Assembly: GCA_045564995.1 (NCBI GenBank) | Contig: JBJLGG010000001.1 | Location: forward strand, 7,443-71,442 | DNA: 64,000 nucleotides | Origin: Paracoccaceae bacterium | GTDB taxonomy: Bacteria > Pseudomonadota > Alphaproteobacteria > Rhodobacterales > Rhodobacteraceae | Reading direction: 5' to 3' | Part shown: piece by piece, positions 8,919-18,020 of the stretch | Layout: each line of letters begins with the position of its first letter | Numbering within the stretch: position 1 is the stretch's first letter | The notes under the pieces: model-generated | What the model was told of the DNA's origin: nothing | Seen by the model: the letters and a program-made list of their open reading frames with translations, nothing else | Databases searched by the model: none | Made by a program: the position numbers and the translations under genes

Positions 8919-10391
8919 TTATTGGATACTTTTTAGGTGAGACGGTGCGCTTCGATATGAGTTAAACGCTTCAGAGTAAAGATCACTTAAATCAGTTCTA
9001 GGTTCAATGATTTCTGAAATAGTTGGGTGGGATACAATATTATTAAGGGGCTCACTGGTTTTCCCCAGGATAGCCAGACGTGCGGCACCCATAGCGGCAC
9101 CGTATTCACCGTCAATGGGCCGAGCGATGGCTGTATTTAAAGTAGTTGCTATAGTCTCTAACCAAAATCGCGATCGGCTACCTCCGCCTATAGCTAATAA
9201 TTGGTCTGGACAAGGCCCCGCTTTTTTCAACGCCTCTAGGCAATCGCATAATGCAAACGCGACCCCCTCTAGTACGGCTTGAGTGAGTTTCATTCGATTA
9301 CTATTTGTCGATAAACCGGAGAAACCTCCTCTTATATGTGCATCATTTAAAGGAGTTCTTTCACCCGATAGGTATGGGTAAAATTTTTCGAAAGAAGGTC
9401 CATTTATTTTTTGACCCAAACCCTCTGATAATGCTTTGGGAGATTTTCCGGTAACACTTGATAGCCAATTTAAGCTATCCGTTGCTGACAGAATTACACC
9501 CATTTGATACCATGTTTTAGGAATTGCGTGACAAAACGTGTGAACTGCAGAATTGGCTAATGGAGTATACGTATCTCTAGCAGTTAGCAGCACACCAGAA
9601 GTCCCGATTGATACGAAACCTTGACCTTCCTTCGTAATTCCAACACCACAAGCTGCAGCAGCATTATCCCCCGCCCCAGCAACAACCGAAACTCCACTGG
9701 GAATGTCTAATTCGTCTGCAATGAATTTAGATATAGACGACGCGACTTGAGTTCCTTCCAGAAGTTTTGGCATTTGATCAGATCGCATGTTACTTGCTTT
9801 TAGCGCGTATTCTGACCAACAACGATTTCCAACGTCTAGCCAGCTTGTGCCTGCAGCATCCGACATATCCATAAAGAATTCACCGGTTAGGTAATATCCA
9901 AGATAAGAAGCAGGTAAAAGAACCTTCGCAACTTCCTCGAATAGTTCTGGCTTATTATCTTGGATCCAAAGTAACTTAGGTGCTGTAAAACCTGGAAATA
10001 CAATATTTCCTGTAATTTCGCGCAGATTTACGTCTTTATCCAATATTGACGCCTGTTTGTAACTGCGAGTGTCATTCCACAAAATACATGGGTATAGAAT
10101 TTTACCATTTTTGTCTAACAATGTTGCCCCATGCATGTGACCTGCAATGCCGATTGCTTGGAGACTTGCAACTGCCGATGCATTCCTATTTTTTAGCTCA
10201 TTTATGGAAGCCTTAAGGGCATCTATCCAGTCACTTGGACTTTGCTCATTAAAACCAGGTGCTATGCTTGTAACAGGGTAGTTATAATCAGCGCTGTCCA
10301 AACATTCGCCTTCTTGCGTTACAAGTAAGCATCTTAAACCAGATGTGCCTAGGTCAATACCTAGATAAGTTGGTCCTGATTGGTAGTTTAT
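8919..10391 (-). CDS. xylB: Xylulokinase (FGGY family), apparent ATA start
   Basis: YLGIDLGTSG lies upstream of the track ORF. Motifs GHMHGA, LWNDTR, GFTAPKLLW, GAGDNAAAA, HTFCHA and PYLSGERTP. Confidence 0.88.
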   Translation of the reverse strand: MNYQSGPTYLGIDLGTSGLRCLLVTQEGECLDSADYNYPVTSIAPGFNEQSPSDWIDALKASINELKNRNASAVASLQAIGIAGHMHGATLLDKNGKILYPCILWNDTRSYKQASILDKDVNLREITGNIVFPGFTAPKLLWIQDNKPELFEEVAKVLLPASYLGYYLTGEFFMDMSDAAGTSWLDVGNRCWSEYALKASNMRSDQMPKLLEGTQVASSISKFIADELDIPSGVSVVAGAGDNAAAACGVGITKEGQGFVSIGTSGVLLTARDTYTPLANSAVHTFCHAIPKTWYQMGVILSATDSLNWLSSVTGKSPKALSEGLGQKINGPSFEKFYPYLSGERTPLNDAHIRGGFSGLSTNSNRMKLTQAVLEGVAFALCDCLEALKKAGPCPDQLLAIGGGSRSRFWLETIATTLNTAIARPIDGEYGAAMGAARLAILGKTSEPLNNIVSHPTISEIIEPRTDLSDLYSEAFNSYRSAPSHLKSIQ

Positions 10392-10413
10392 ATCTTACCC
10401 TCGATGTTAAATA

Positions 10414-11187
10414 TTAGATCTTGGCTAATTCTTGTTCTAAATCTTTAATTTCCGCTCCACCTGCCATTAGTCTCCTAATATCGCCACCTTCCAGCTCAGC
10501 TTTAGTTCCCTGACCAATAACCTGTCCAAGTGCTAGAAAGGTATAACGGTCGGCGATTAGTCTAGAATGTATTTCATTATGAGTAATGAATATAATTGCG
10601 ATATCGCCTCTTGCTCTGACGCGTTTTATAGTTTTAAGAACTTCCATTTGTTGCTTCTGACCCAAAGCTGAAGTTGGCTCATCCAGGATAAGAACTTTTG
10701 CGCCGAAATAAATTGCGCGTGCAATCGCTAGGGTTTGGCGTTGGCCACCTGACATAGTTCCAACTGCCTGAGATGGATCTGAAAAATCAATTCCAATTTT
10801 TAGCATTTCATCATGAGCAATTTGGTTCATTTCATCTATTCTAAGTTTGCCCAGAGTAGAAGTTAGTTCGCGCCCCATAAAGAAGTTACGAGTTACGCTC
10901 ATTAATTGATTGATTGCTAAGTCTTGGTAAACAGTTCCAATACCGGCAGCAGAAGCTTCTCGAGGACTTCGAAAAGATCTCTTAACTTCCTCCATATAAA
11001 TCGTACCGCTTGTAGGCTGGTGAACTCCTGATAAAATTTTGATCAAGGTAGATTTTCCGGCACCGTTGTCACCCAACAAAGCGTGGACCTCACCAGGGTA
11101 AACATCCAAATCTACGCCATTCAACGCCGTGAAGGGGCCGAATTTCTTCGTAACATTTTCGACCCGCATATAACTCTTTGGTGCCAT
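10414..11187 (-). CDS. Sugar ABC transporter ATP-binding protein
   Basis: Walker A GDNGAGKST, signature MSGGQRQ and Walker B LILDEPT. Confidence 0.92.
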   Translation of the reverse strand: MAPKSYMRVENVTKKFGPFTALNGVDLDVYPGEVHALLGDNGAGKSTLIKILSGVHQPTSGTIYMEEVKRSFRSPREASAAGIGTVYQDLAINQLMSVTRNFFMGRELTSTLGKLRIDEMNQIAHDEMLKIGIDFSDPSQAVGTMSGGQRQTLAIARAIYFGAKVLILDEPTSALGQKQQMEVLKTIKRVRARGDIAIIFITHNEIHSRLIADRYTFLALGQVIGQGTKAELEGGDIRRLMAGGAEIKDLEQELAKI

Positions 11188-11189
11188 TT

Positions 11190-12383
11190 TTATATTCCCC
11201 CGGTAATCCTTTTCCTAATACGTTCGTTGGCAAAAACGGCGGCCAGTAGAACTGTACCTACGAATACTCTAAACCATGCTCCATCTATCCAAGGGATAAA
11301 GAATACGGCATTAGCAACAAGGCCAAATGTAACCGCTCCAAATACAACGCCTACTATTGAGCCAAAGCCACCGGTCATTAAGATGCCACCAACTACCGCA
11401 ATAGCAATTGCTTCAAGCTCTTTAAACATCCCTTTTGCAGCATCAGATGAATTAGTATCGAAGACTTGGCATGCCGCAAAAATTGTTGCGCAGAAAGCGG
11501 AAAACATAAACAGACCAACTTTGACTCTGTTTACTGGAACCCCATTTGCACGAGCGCTCTCTTTGTTATCCCCAGTGGCATAAATCCAGTTTCCAATCTG
11601 TGTTTTTGCAAGTACATACCAAGCCACGCCCGCAATAATGATGAACCAGAGAAGTCTTGCATCAAATCCAGTAACCCATTGTTCCATTTTCCGGTTTATG
11701 TTTAGGAAGCTTAAAAAGTTGATAAGATCAATTTTTTCGTCTTTGGTCATCCCAGCTGTGAATTCTAAGCCGGCTGCTACCTTTTGGCCAATCCAGAACC
11801 AGGCATCATAAAGCCAACCAAAAACTTCACCACCCATTTGTTCGGCAAACCAGCTTTCTTGTTTAAAATCTGGCAGCCCAGAAACATTAGTATTTTGGTT
11901 AATCAGCCTGAAGCAAACTTCGGTAAGGCCACGAAGAAAAAACCAGAATGCTAGTGTGACGATGAAACTTGATAAGCCTGACCTGACCACAATAGTTCCA
12001 ATGAGCCATCCAAACCCAAGTGTCATGCACATAGTTATTGCAAAAGCCGTAAACGGCGTTGCCTCTCCTAAGCCGAATGGTAAACCCCATTTCAACATTA
12101 TGGCCATGGACATCCCTGCAAAGGCTATCATTGGCCCGATGGATAAATCAAACTCGCCAGCAATCATTAATAAGGCAGCTCCAACCGCTATTATTCCCAA
12201 TTGGGCGATAATTGCTATATTGTTCTTTAAGCCTAAAGCATTAAAAGCTTTTCCCTCAGATGCTAAGCCGAGGGCCAAAATAATTATGATCATGACTATG
12301 AAAGAACCAATTTCGGGTCTTCTCATCATACGCTGGATCCAGCTTTCATTTTGAAGACGGTCAGATTCATTTCGTTCCGACAT
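11190..12383 (-). CDS. Sugar ABC transporter permease (RbsC/CUT2 type)
   Basis: Motifs GEFDLSIG, SFIVTL, ATGDN..SARANG and ELEAIAIAVVGG, with many TM segments. Confidence 0.92.
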   Translation of the reverse strand: MSERNESDRLQNESWIQRMMRRPEIGSFIVMIIIILALGLASEGKAFNALGLKNNIAIIAQLGIIAVGAALLMIAGEFDLSIGPMIAFAGMSMAIMLKWGLPFGLGEATPFTAFAITMCMTLGFGWLIGTIVVRSGLSSFIVTLAFWFFLRGLTEVCFRLINQNTNVSGLPDFKQESWFAEQMGGEVFGWLYDAWFWIGQKVAAGLEFTAGMTKDEKIDLINFLSFLNINRKMEQWVTGFDARLLWFIIIAGVAWYVLAKTQIGNWIYATGDNKESARANGVPVNRVKVGLFMFSAFCATIFAACQVFDTNSSDAAKGMFKELEAIAIAVVGGILMTGGFGSIVGVVFGAVTFGLVANAVFFIPWIDGAWFRVFVGTVLLAAVFANERIRKRITGGI

Positions 12384-12421
12384 TTTAACCTCTGATATCT
12401 ATTTTTAGTGTCTCTTAAGTA

Positions 12422-12447
12422 AACAGGCGAGCTTTCGCTCGCCTGTT
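12422..12447 (-). terminator. Intercistronic stem-loop (11-bp stem, GAAA loop on the - strand) between the binding-protein and permease genes
   Basis: Perfect inverted repeat AACAGGCGAGC-TTTC-GCTCGCCTGTT with only a short U-tract. It may be a partial terminator or an mRNA stabiliser. Confidence 0.7.
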
Positions 12448-12473
12448 ATAATTACCTACTATTACATTAAATA

Positions 12474-13385
12474 TTAGCGGTTTATGCCTGCCTGAGACGC
12501 AACATTATCAATGTTTGAAGCGTCTACGAAACCAGGGCCTGATGGAATATTAGCTCCAGGCAACATACCGGCATTTGTGTTATATAGATGCAGCACAATG
12601 ATTGGCATATAGCCTTGCAAACGCTGTTGCTGATCGATTGTAAATGAAGCATCACCAGATCTAAGCATCGCAGTCACAGCATCTGACATGTCAAAACATG
12701 CTAAATGTACATCTGCGCCAACATCTTTGATAGCTTTGTTAGCGGCATCACATACATGTGGGCCAGCTGCCAAAATCCCATCAATTGAAGGGTCTGCTGA
12801 CAATGCAGCTGCTGTTCTGGTTTCAATTTGCTGTACGTCATTAGACACGTCGATCATGTTCAACGATCCGCCAAGACCCGAGAAATAACCTTCACATCTA
12901 TCAACAAGGGCTGTGTTCCAAGCTTCTTGGTTCAGACAAAGACCGTTTGTTACACCTTCTGCTTTGGCACGCTCGCCAGCTTTTTGTCCCGCCAAAAGCT
13001 CTGGCTGACCAACGTGCATCAACGCACCAACTTTAGCTGAATTTTCTAAACCTGAATTCATTGTGATTACTGGAATACCTGCGTCTGCAGCCGCGCGGAT
13101 TGCTCCACCTAATGCATCTGGGTCAGGCAGAGACACAACTATTCCGTCCGGGTTAGAAGCGGCAGCTGCTTCGATTAGCTTAGCCATTCCTGACATGTCA
13201 CCAGATGGATCAAAGTTATATTCAAAGTCTGCTCCAATTGCAGCAGCGGCATCTCTTCCGCCTTTTTCAACTACTGGCCAAAATGGGTCAGTACCTTGTG
13301 TGTGTGTAATCATAACATAACGCTCAGCTATTGCTGAAGACGCCATCATTGCGAGCGCAGCGCCCGCCATAACTAATTTTTTCAT
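12474..13385 (-). CDS. Sugar/polyol ABC transporter periplasmic binding protein
   Basis: Signal peptide, then DPFWPVVEKG, GIPVITMNSG, HVGQ and IDQQQRLQGY. Confidence 0.9.
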   Translation of the reverse strand: MKKLVMAGAALAMMASSAIAERYVMITHTQGTDPFWPVVEKGGRDAAAAIGADFEYNFDPSGDMSGMAKLIEAAAASNPDGIVVSLPDPDALGGAIRAAADAGIPVITMNSGLENSAKVGALMHVGQPELLAGQKAGERAKAEGVTNGLCLNQEAWNTALVDRCEGYFSGLGGSLNMIDVSNDVQQIETRTAAALSADPSIDGILAAGPHVCDAANKAIKDVGADVHLACFDMSDAVTAMLRSGDASFTIDQQQRLQGYMPIIVLHLYNTNAGMLPGANIPSGPGFVDASNIDNVASQAGINR

Positions 13386-13496
13386 AATTTTCTCCCAATA
13401 AGTACTTACGTACCAAGTTACTCTAACAACTGATTCTATTTTATTAAAGTCTGAAACGACAAGTTAAGTCCAATTTTACCAAAAAAAATAGTAACA

Positions 13497-13508
13497 GTTA
13501 GCGCTAAC
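13497..13508. promoter_or_regulatory. LacI-family operator palindrome GTTAGCGCTAAC upstream of the ABC-xylB operon
   Basis: Perfect 12-bp palindrome with a central GCGC in an AT-rich spacer, about 110 bp upstream of the binding-protein gene. Confidence 0.7.
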
Positions 13509-13723
13509 ATCTACATATCAATTTTTAATTTTGCAACCTTTAATTTTTATTTTTCTGTCAAAAAATTATTTTATTTTTTACTCCTGTGATTTGATTAAAT
13601 ATCCTCTATTAAATATTTTATCCGATACCTAGTTGTAAGGCGTCTGCGGTCTATATTTTTTCTTTTGGAGGGCCAAGTATACGTTAAAGTACTTTGATGG
13701 TCTTAAAATATTTTATATTGTCC

Positions 13724-14059
13724 CTAGTTATTTGCTTCCGAATTTGAACACGAAATGGTTAAGTTATTTCCTGTTTTCCAATATGACGAGCTGCAAAAGT
13801 AGAGGCCTGCTCTTATTTTTTCTTTCATCTCATTATCTGATTGAAAGTGCGCTGCGTTAATTTTTGATGCAGCATCAGGTGTGATCCTTATGTACCAACC
13901 TATAAAGTCTGGGTTTGGTTCCTTGGTTAAGTTTCGGGTGGCCAATATATCGCCATACATGACTATGAGCTCTGACTCATAATTTTTAATTTGCTTGGCG
14001 CTAGATGTAAGTGGGCACAGCAAAGCTAAAAATGCAGTGATTGCTAATACATACTTCAT
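13724..14059 (-). CDS. Hypothetical secreted protein (about 111 aa)
   Basis: MKYVLAITAFLALLCPLTSSA looks like a Sec signal peptide. The gene fills the gap after the aldolase, and I recognise no family. Confidence 0.55.
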   Translation of the reverse strand: MKYVLAITAFLALLCPLTSSAKQIKNYESELIVMYGDILATRNLTKEPNPDFIGWYIRITPDAASKINAAHFQSDNEMKEKIRAGLYFCSSSYWKTGNNLTISCSNSEANN

Positions 14060-14069
14060 CTTGTTATTT

Positions 14070-14909
14070 TTAATTCCCACTCTTTGGTTTAAATGCATTT
14101 AAAACTTTTCTTGTAGCTTGCACCAATGGCTCATGTGTCTTTCTTAAAATTTCCACGCGGTCGAATTGATCAGGGTGAGATACTATAGATTTTCTTAAAG
14201 CGTCGCCAAAGGTCATTCTTAACTCTGTACCTATATTGAATTTACATATTTTTGAATTTCTTGATAAAAAAGATCTTTGTTTTACTGGCACTCCAGATCC
14301 TCCGTGGACCACTAGTGGTATAGAAGTTACTTGCTCTATTTGTCTGATCCTCTCCAAGTCCAGGTTGCCCTCTTTGTGTTTTTGTAAATGGATGTTCCCA
14401 ACTGATATCGCCATTGCATCGACTTTTGTATCTTTTGCAAACATATTTGCTTCTACTGGATTTGTGCCGTTTGATTGCTCTCCATCTGAATAACCTACAA
14501 ACCCAATTTCACCTTCGCATGAAATATCTGCGGCATGAGCCAATTCAGCGATGCGTGCCGTTCTGTCAATATTTTCCTGCAGAGAAAGTCTCGAGCCGTC
14601 AAACATTACAGAAGTAAATCCACATTCAATAGCCTCTTTACACTCCTCCTCTGTATACCCGTGATCTAAATGGGCGACTATAGGAATGCTTGCTTCACTA
14701 GCTAGATGATTGAACATCTTTCCTAAGATCGGCAAGGGTGTATGAGATCTGCAAGATGGTCCCGCTTGAAGGATAATTGCAACATTTTCTTCTTCTGCTG
14801 CGTCAACATAGGCTCGCATATCTTCCCATCCAAGGGTGACCAGCCCGGCGACTGCGTATCCTTGTTCCATGGCAGGCTTTAATACGTCGGTTAGTGTAGC
14901 AATTGTCAT
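14070..14909 (-). CDS. Class II aldolase (fructose-bisphosphate aldolase family; IolJ-like by context)
   Basis: Motifs HLDHG, SVMFDGS, EGEIG, SVGNIH, HGGSG and KFNIGTELR. Confidence 0.88.
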   Translation of the reverse strand: MTIATLTDVLKPAMEQGYAVAGLVTLGWEDMRAYVDAAEEENVAIILQAGPSCRSHTPLPILGKMFNHLASEASIPIVAHLDHGYTEEECKEAIECGFTSVMFDGSRLSLQENIDRTARIAELAHAADISCEGEIGFVGYSDGEQSNGTNPVEANMFAKDTKVDAMAISVGNIHLQKHKEGNLDLERIRQIEQVTSIPLVVHGGSGVPVKQRSFLSRNSKICKFNIGTELRMTFGDALRKSIVSHPDQFDRVEILRKTHEPLVQATRKVLNAFKPKSGN

Positions 14910-15748
14910 TTAAATTTTGCAACCATATCCATTATGCCTGGTATTGTGGCTAATTGCTCTTCGTGTGTTGGTTGAAAGTATTGCTTCAATGGCCTTTGGC
15001 TTAATCCGCCAAGTATGGTGAAGTAATACATTTCGTAGCCTGGTAGAGCACAGCAGGGGTGGTAACCCTTATCAATTACGACTGTCGAGCCGTCCATTAT
15101 GTGATAGGCATCCCCCGGTTTGTTATCTTCCCGCTGCAGCATCTGTAGGCCGGAACCATAATTTGGCTTAAATCTAAAATTGTAGGTTTCGTCATGTCGG
15201 GTCTCCTGAGGCATACGATCAGTATCGTGCTTATGAGACGGGAAACCAGACCAGCCGCCGGAGCCCACCGTGTAAAGTTCACTTACTAGTAGTCTTCCAA
15301 CTTTATCTCTCTGGTTAGCACCCAAGATGTGTTTTATTTTGCGATGTGTTTTTGTATCGTCTGACCCGTATTGAACTAAATCAATATCTTTGGATCTTAC
15401 AGCAAAAGGTTTTAAAACTTTTTCATATTTTGCTCCAGCAATAAAAATCTCGGCTGTATCAGTTATACATTCAAAGCAAACTTTCGTATCTGTAGGGACA
15501 TAAACACCTTCTGGTTCTCCACCCCAAACGTCGATAGATCTATTTCCTACCGAATTGAAATGTTGACCATCAACATCAATATCGATGGTGCCAGTAGCCG
15601 GTACTATGCACGTTTCATATTGGTTTAATCTGTAGCTAAAATTTTTACCTTTAGATAATTTGATAATGTTGAAATAGTTCAACGGTACGAGATCGTGATT
15701 AACGTCAACTATTGGAATATTTTTGTTGTCATAAGGTGCAATATGCAT
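14906..15748 (-). CDS. iolB: 5-deoxy-glucuronate isomerase, IolB/KduI family (copy 1)
   Basis: Motifs GWSGFPSHKHD, HDETYNFRF, GYHP and GYEMYY. Confidence 0.82.
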   Translation of the reverse strand: MHIAPYDNKNIPIVDVNHDLVPLNYFNIIKLSKGKNFSYRLNQYETCIVPATGTIDIDVDGQHFNSVGNRSIDVWGGEPEGVYVPTDTKVCFECITDTAEIFIAGAKYEKVLKPFAVRSKDIDLVQYGSDDTKTHRKIKHILGANQRDKVGRLLVSELYTVGSGGWSGFPSHKHDTDRMPQETRHDETYNFRFKPNYGSGLQMLQREDNKPGDAYHIMDGSTVVIDKGYHPCCALPGYEMYYFTILGGLSQRPLKQYFQPTHEEQLATIPGIMDMVAKFK

Positions 15749-15778
15749 AATTGAGCTTTCGTATTATATTACTGAATA

Positions 15779-16741
15779 TTAGCCTTTATTTAAGAACGTC
15801 TCTAATTCACCTTTTGTAGGCATTGCTCCGGCACATCCAGGCTTCGATACTACAATTGCGGCGCATGCTGATCCCCTTATAACGGAGTCTTCAAGGTTGA
15901 AGCCGTCTGCTATCGAAGCCAGCAAGCCTGCCATAAAACTATCGCCTGCGCCGACAGGTTTAATAGCTTTTGTCGGGAAAATACCAGTTCTGATTTCATT
16001 CTTATCATTGAGCGAGATTGCACCTTTTTCACCCATTTTATAAATTACAGTTTTACCCAAAGAAGCCAATTCTCTCGCTTTATCTAGTCCGAGGTCATAA
16101 TCTCCTGCCATAAAACCGAACTCTTCATCGTTACCGACAATAAGGTCGCTGCTCATGCCTGCTCTGGAAAGAACATCTGAAGCCACTTCACCAGAAGGCC
16201 AACTATAGGGGCGATAATCGATATCAAAAATTACAGGTAATCCGGCTTGGCGCGCATTTTTAATTGCATGAAATGTAGAGGATCGAGAAGGGTCTGAGGC
16301 AAATACTGTCCCGGCAGTAATAACTGCATTGAAATTACCATATTCTACTTTGTCTACATCTTCTATTTGTACTTGAAAATCTGCCGCATTGTTCCTGTAA
16401 ATGACATTTTGAAAGTCATCTAATACGTTTTCATATATAGCTAAAGAAGTACGACACTCTCCCGAAATCTTTTTTACGTACTTGATGTCCACGCCGTAAT
16501 CTCTCAAGCGATTAACGGCAAATCTTCCAACTGCGTCATCAGAAACTGAGGTAATTAGGCTTGCTTGTGAGCCAAGCTTTACCAGTCCAGTACATATGTT
16601 GGCCGATGAGCCACCCAAGTCTGACCTAAATTTTACAGCGTTTTCACTTTTTATTCCGATCTCATCGCAAAAAAGGTCTATACCTGCTCTTCCAAAAACG
16701 GCAAATTTCTTACCTTTTATGGCTTCAAATAGTTCGTTCAT
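15779..16741 (-). CDS. iolC: 5-dehydro-2-deoxygluconokinase (PfkB family)
   Basis: Motifs GRAGIDL, GGSSANI, YRNNAAD, FDIDYRP, GNDEEF and GAGDSF. The start is set at MNELF. Confidence 0.85.
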   Translation of the reverse strand: MNELFEAIKGKKFAVFGRAGIDLFCDEIGIKSENAVKFRSDLGGSSANICTGLVKLGSQASLITSVSDDAVGRFAVNRLRDYGVDIKYVKKISGECRTSLAIYENVLDDFQNVIYRNNAADFQVQIEDVDKVEYGNFNAVITAGTVFASDPSRSSTFHAIKNARQAGLPVIFDIDYRPYSWPSGEVASDVLSRAGMSSDLIVGNDEEFGFMAGDYDLGLDKARELASLGKTVIYKMGEKGAISLNDKNEIRTGIFPTKAIKPVGAGDSFMAGLLASIADGFNLEDSVIRGSACAAIVVSKPGCAGAMPTKGELETFLNKG

Positions 16742-16780
16742 AATTTTAGAATTTCTTTCTTTATTTTCTCTATAAAATAC

Positions 16781-16826
16781 AAAACGTTTTATGTTGCCGT
16801 TATACCGAACTGGTGATACGCGTTTC
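16781..16826. promoter_or_regulatory. Candidate LacI-type operators in the divergent iol promoter
   Basis: Palindrome AAAACGTTTT at 16781-16790 and near-palindrome GATACGCGTTTC at 16815-16826. Confidence 0.4.
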
Positions 16827-16868
16827 GACAAAGCTAATATTTTGTCTGTAAAAAGGTTCTAGCTAAAA

Positions 16869-17966
16869 ATGCGTGAGATTGGAATAGGCATTGTAGGTGG
16901 TGGCTACATGGGCAAAGCGCACTCAGTTGCAATGTCTTCGGTTGGAGCCGTGTTTGATACCCACTTAAGACCAAGGCTTCAAATGATTTGTGCTCGAACT
17001 GACTCTACTGCCGAAAAATATCGGAAGGCGTATGGTTTTAAAACAGCAACATCTGATTGGCGTGTCTTAGTAAAAGACCCAGCTGTTGAAGCGGTCATTA
17101 TTGCAACTCCTCAAAAAGAGCATCGAGAAATTGCGATAGCCGCGTTTGCGGAGGGTAAGCCAGTATTCTGCGAAAAACCCTTGGGCTCTTCTATAAACGA
17201 TGCCACAGTGATGACTGATGCTGCAGAAGCGAGTGGTTTGCCGAATATGGTCGGTTTTAATTACATTCGGACGCCTGCTAGCCAATTTGTTAGAAAGCTA
17301 TTAGCTAACGGTGAACTCGGCAAAGTAACTTGGTTTCGTGGCGAGCATACTGAAGATTTTTTAGCAGACCCTCAGACACCTGCATCCTGGAGGTGCCGTG
17401 GCATGTCAAATGGGACCCTAGGAGATTTGGCTCCACATATGATAAATGCAGCGCTTGCATTAATGGGACCGATCCGCTCACTGCTTTGTGAATATGAAAC
17501 CGTTCACAAAGAGCGCCCAGGTGGAGACGTAGGTAACGATGATCATGCCCAAATTATGTGCCGATTTGATAGTGGCGCTATGGGACACATGTACTTTAGT
17601 CGTGTTGCGACGGGCCGTAAAATGGGTTACGCGTATGAAATTCATGGAACAAAAGGTTCGGTGCGTTTTGATCAAGAGGATCAGAACTCCATATGGCTCT
17701 ACCGATCAGAAGGACCGGAAGCTGAAAGAGGGTTCAGGCAAATTTTAACTGGACCAGCGCACCCAGATTATGAACCTTTTTGCCAAGGGCCCGGTCATGG
17801 AACCGGCTATCAGGATCAAATAATAATTGAAGCTCGTGATTTTCTTTTAGCTATTGAGGAAAATAAGTCTCATTGGCCATCATTTAAAGACGGCTTAAAG
17901 GTTTCTCGAGTTGTAAATGCTGCTCTCCAATCCGGAGAGCAGAGGGCGTGGATTGATTTAGTGTGA
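16869..17966 (+). CDS. Gfo/Idh/MocA oxidoreductase (scyllo-inositol dehydrogenase-like)
   Basis: Motifs GGGYMGKAH, CEKP, GFNY, EDFLAD and GDLAPH. The C-terminus recalls Paracoccus LgdA-type enzymes. Confidence 0.8.
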   Translation: MREIGIGIVGGGYMGKAHSVAMSSVGAVFDTHLRPRLQMICARTDSTAEKYRKAYGFKTATSDWRVLVKDPAVEAVIIATPQKEHREIAIAAFAEGKPVFCEKPLGSSINDATVMTDAAEASGLPNMVGFNYIRTPASQFVRKLLANGELGKVTWFRGEHTEDFLADPQTPASWRCRGMSNGTLGDLAPHMINAALALMGPIRSLLCEYETVHKERPGGDVGNDDHAQIMCRFDSGAMGHMYFSRVATGRKMGYAYEIHGTKGSVRFDQEDQNSIWLYRSEGPEAERGFRQILTGPAHPDYEPFCQGPGHGTGYQDQIIIEARDFLLAIEENKSHWPSFKDGLKVSRVVNAALQSGEQRAWIDLV

Positions 17967-18020
17967 GTTTGATTTGAGTAGTTTTGGAGAATTTAATTAA
18001 ACCATTAAGAAAGACTAAGT

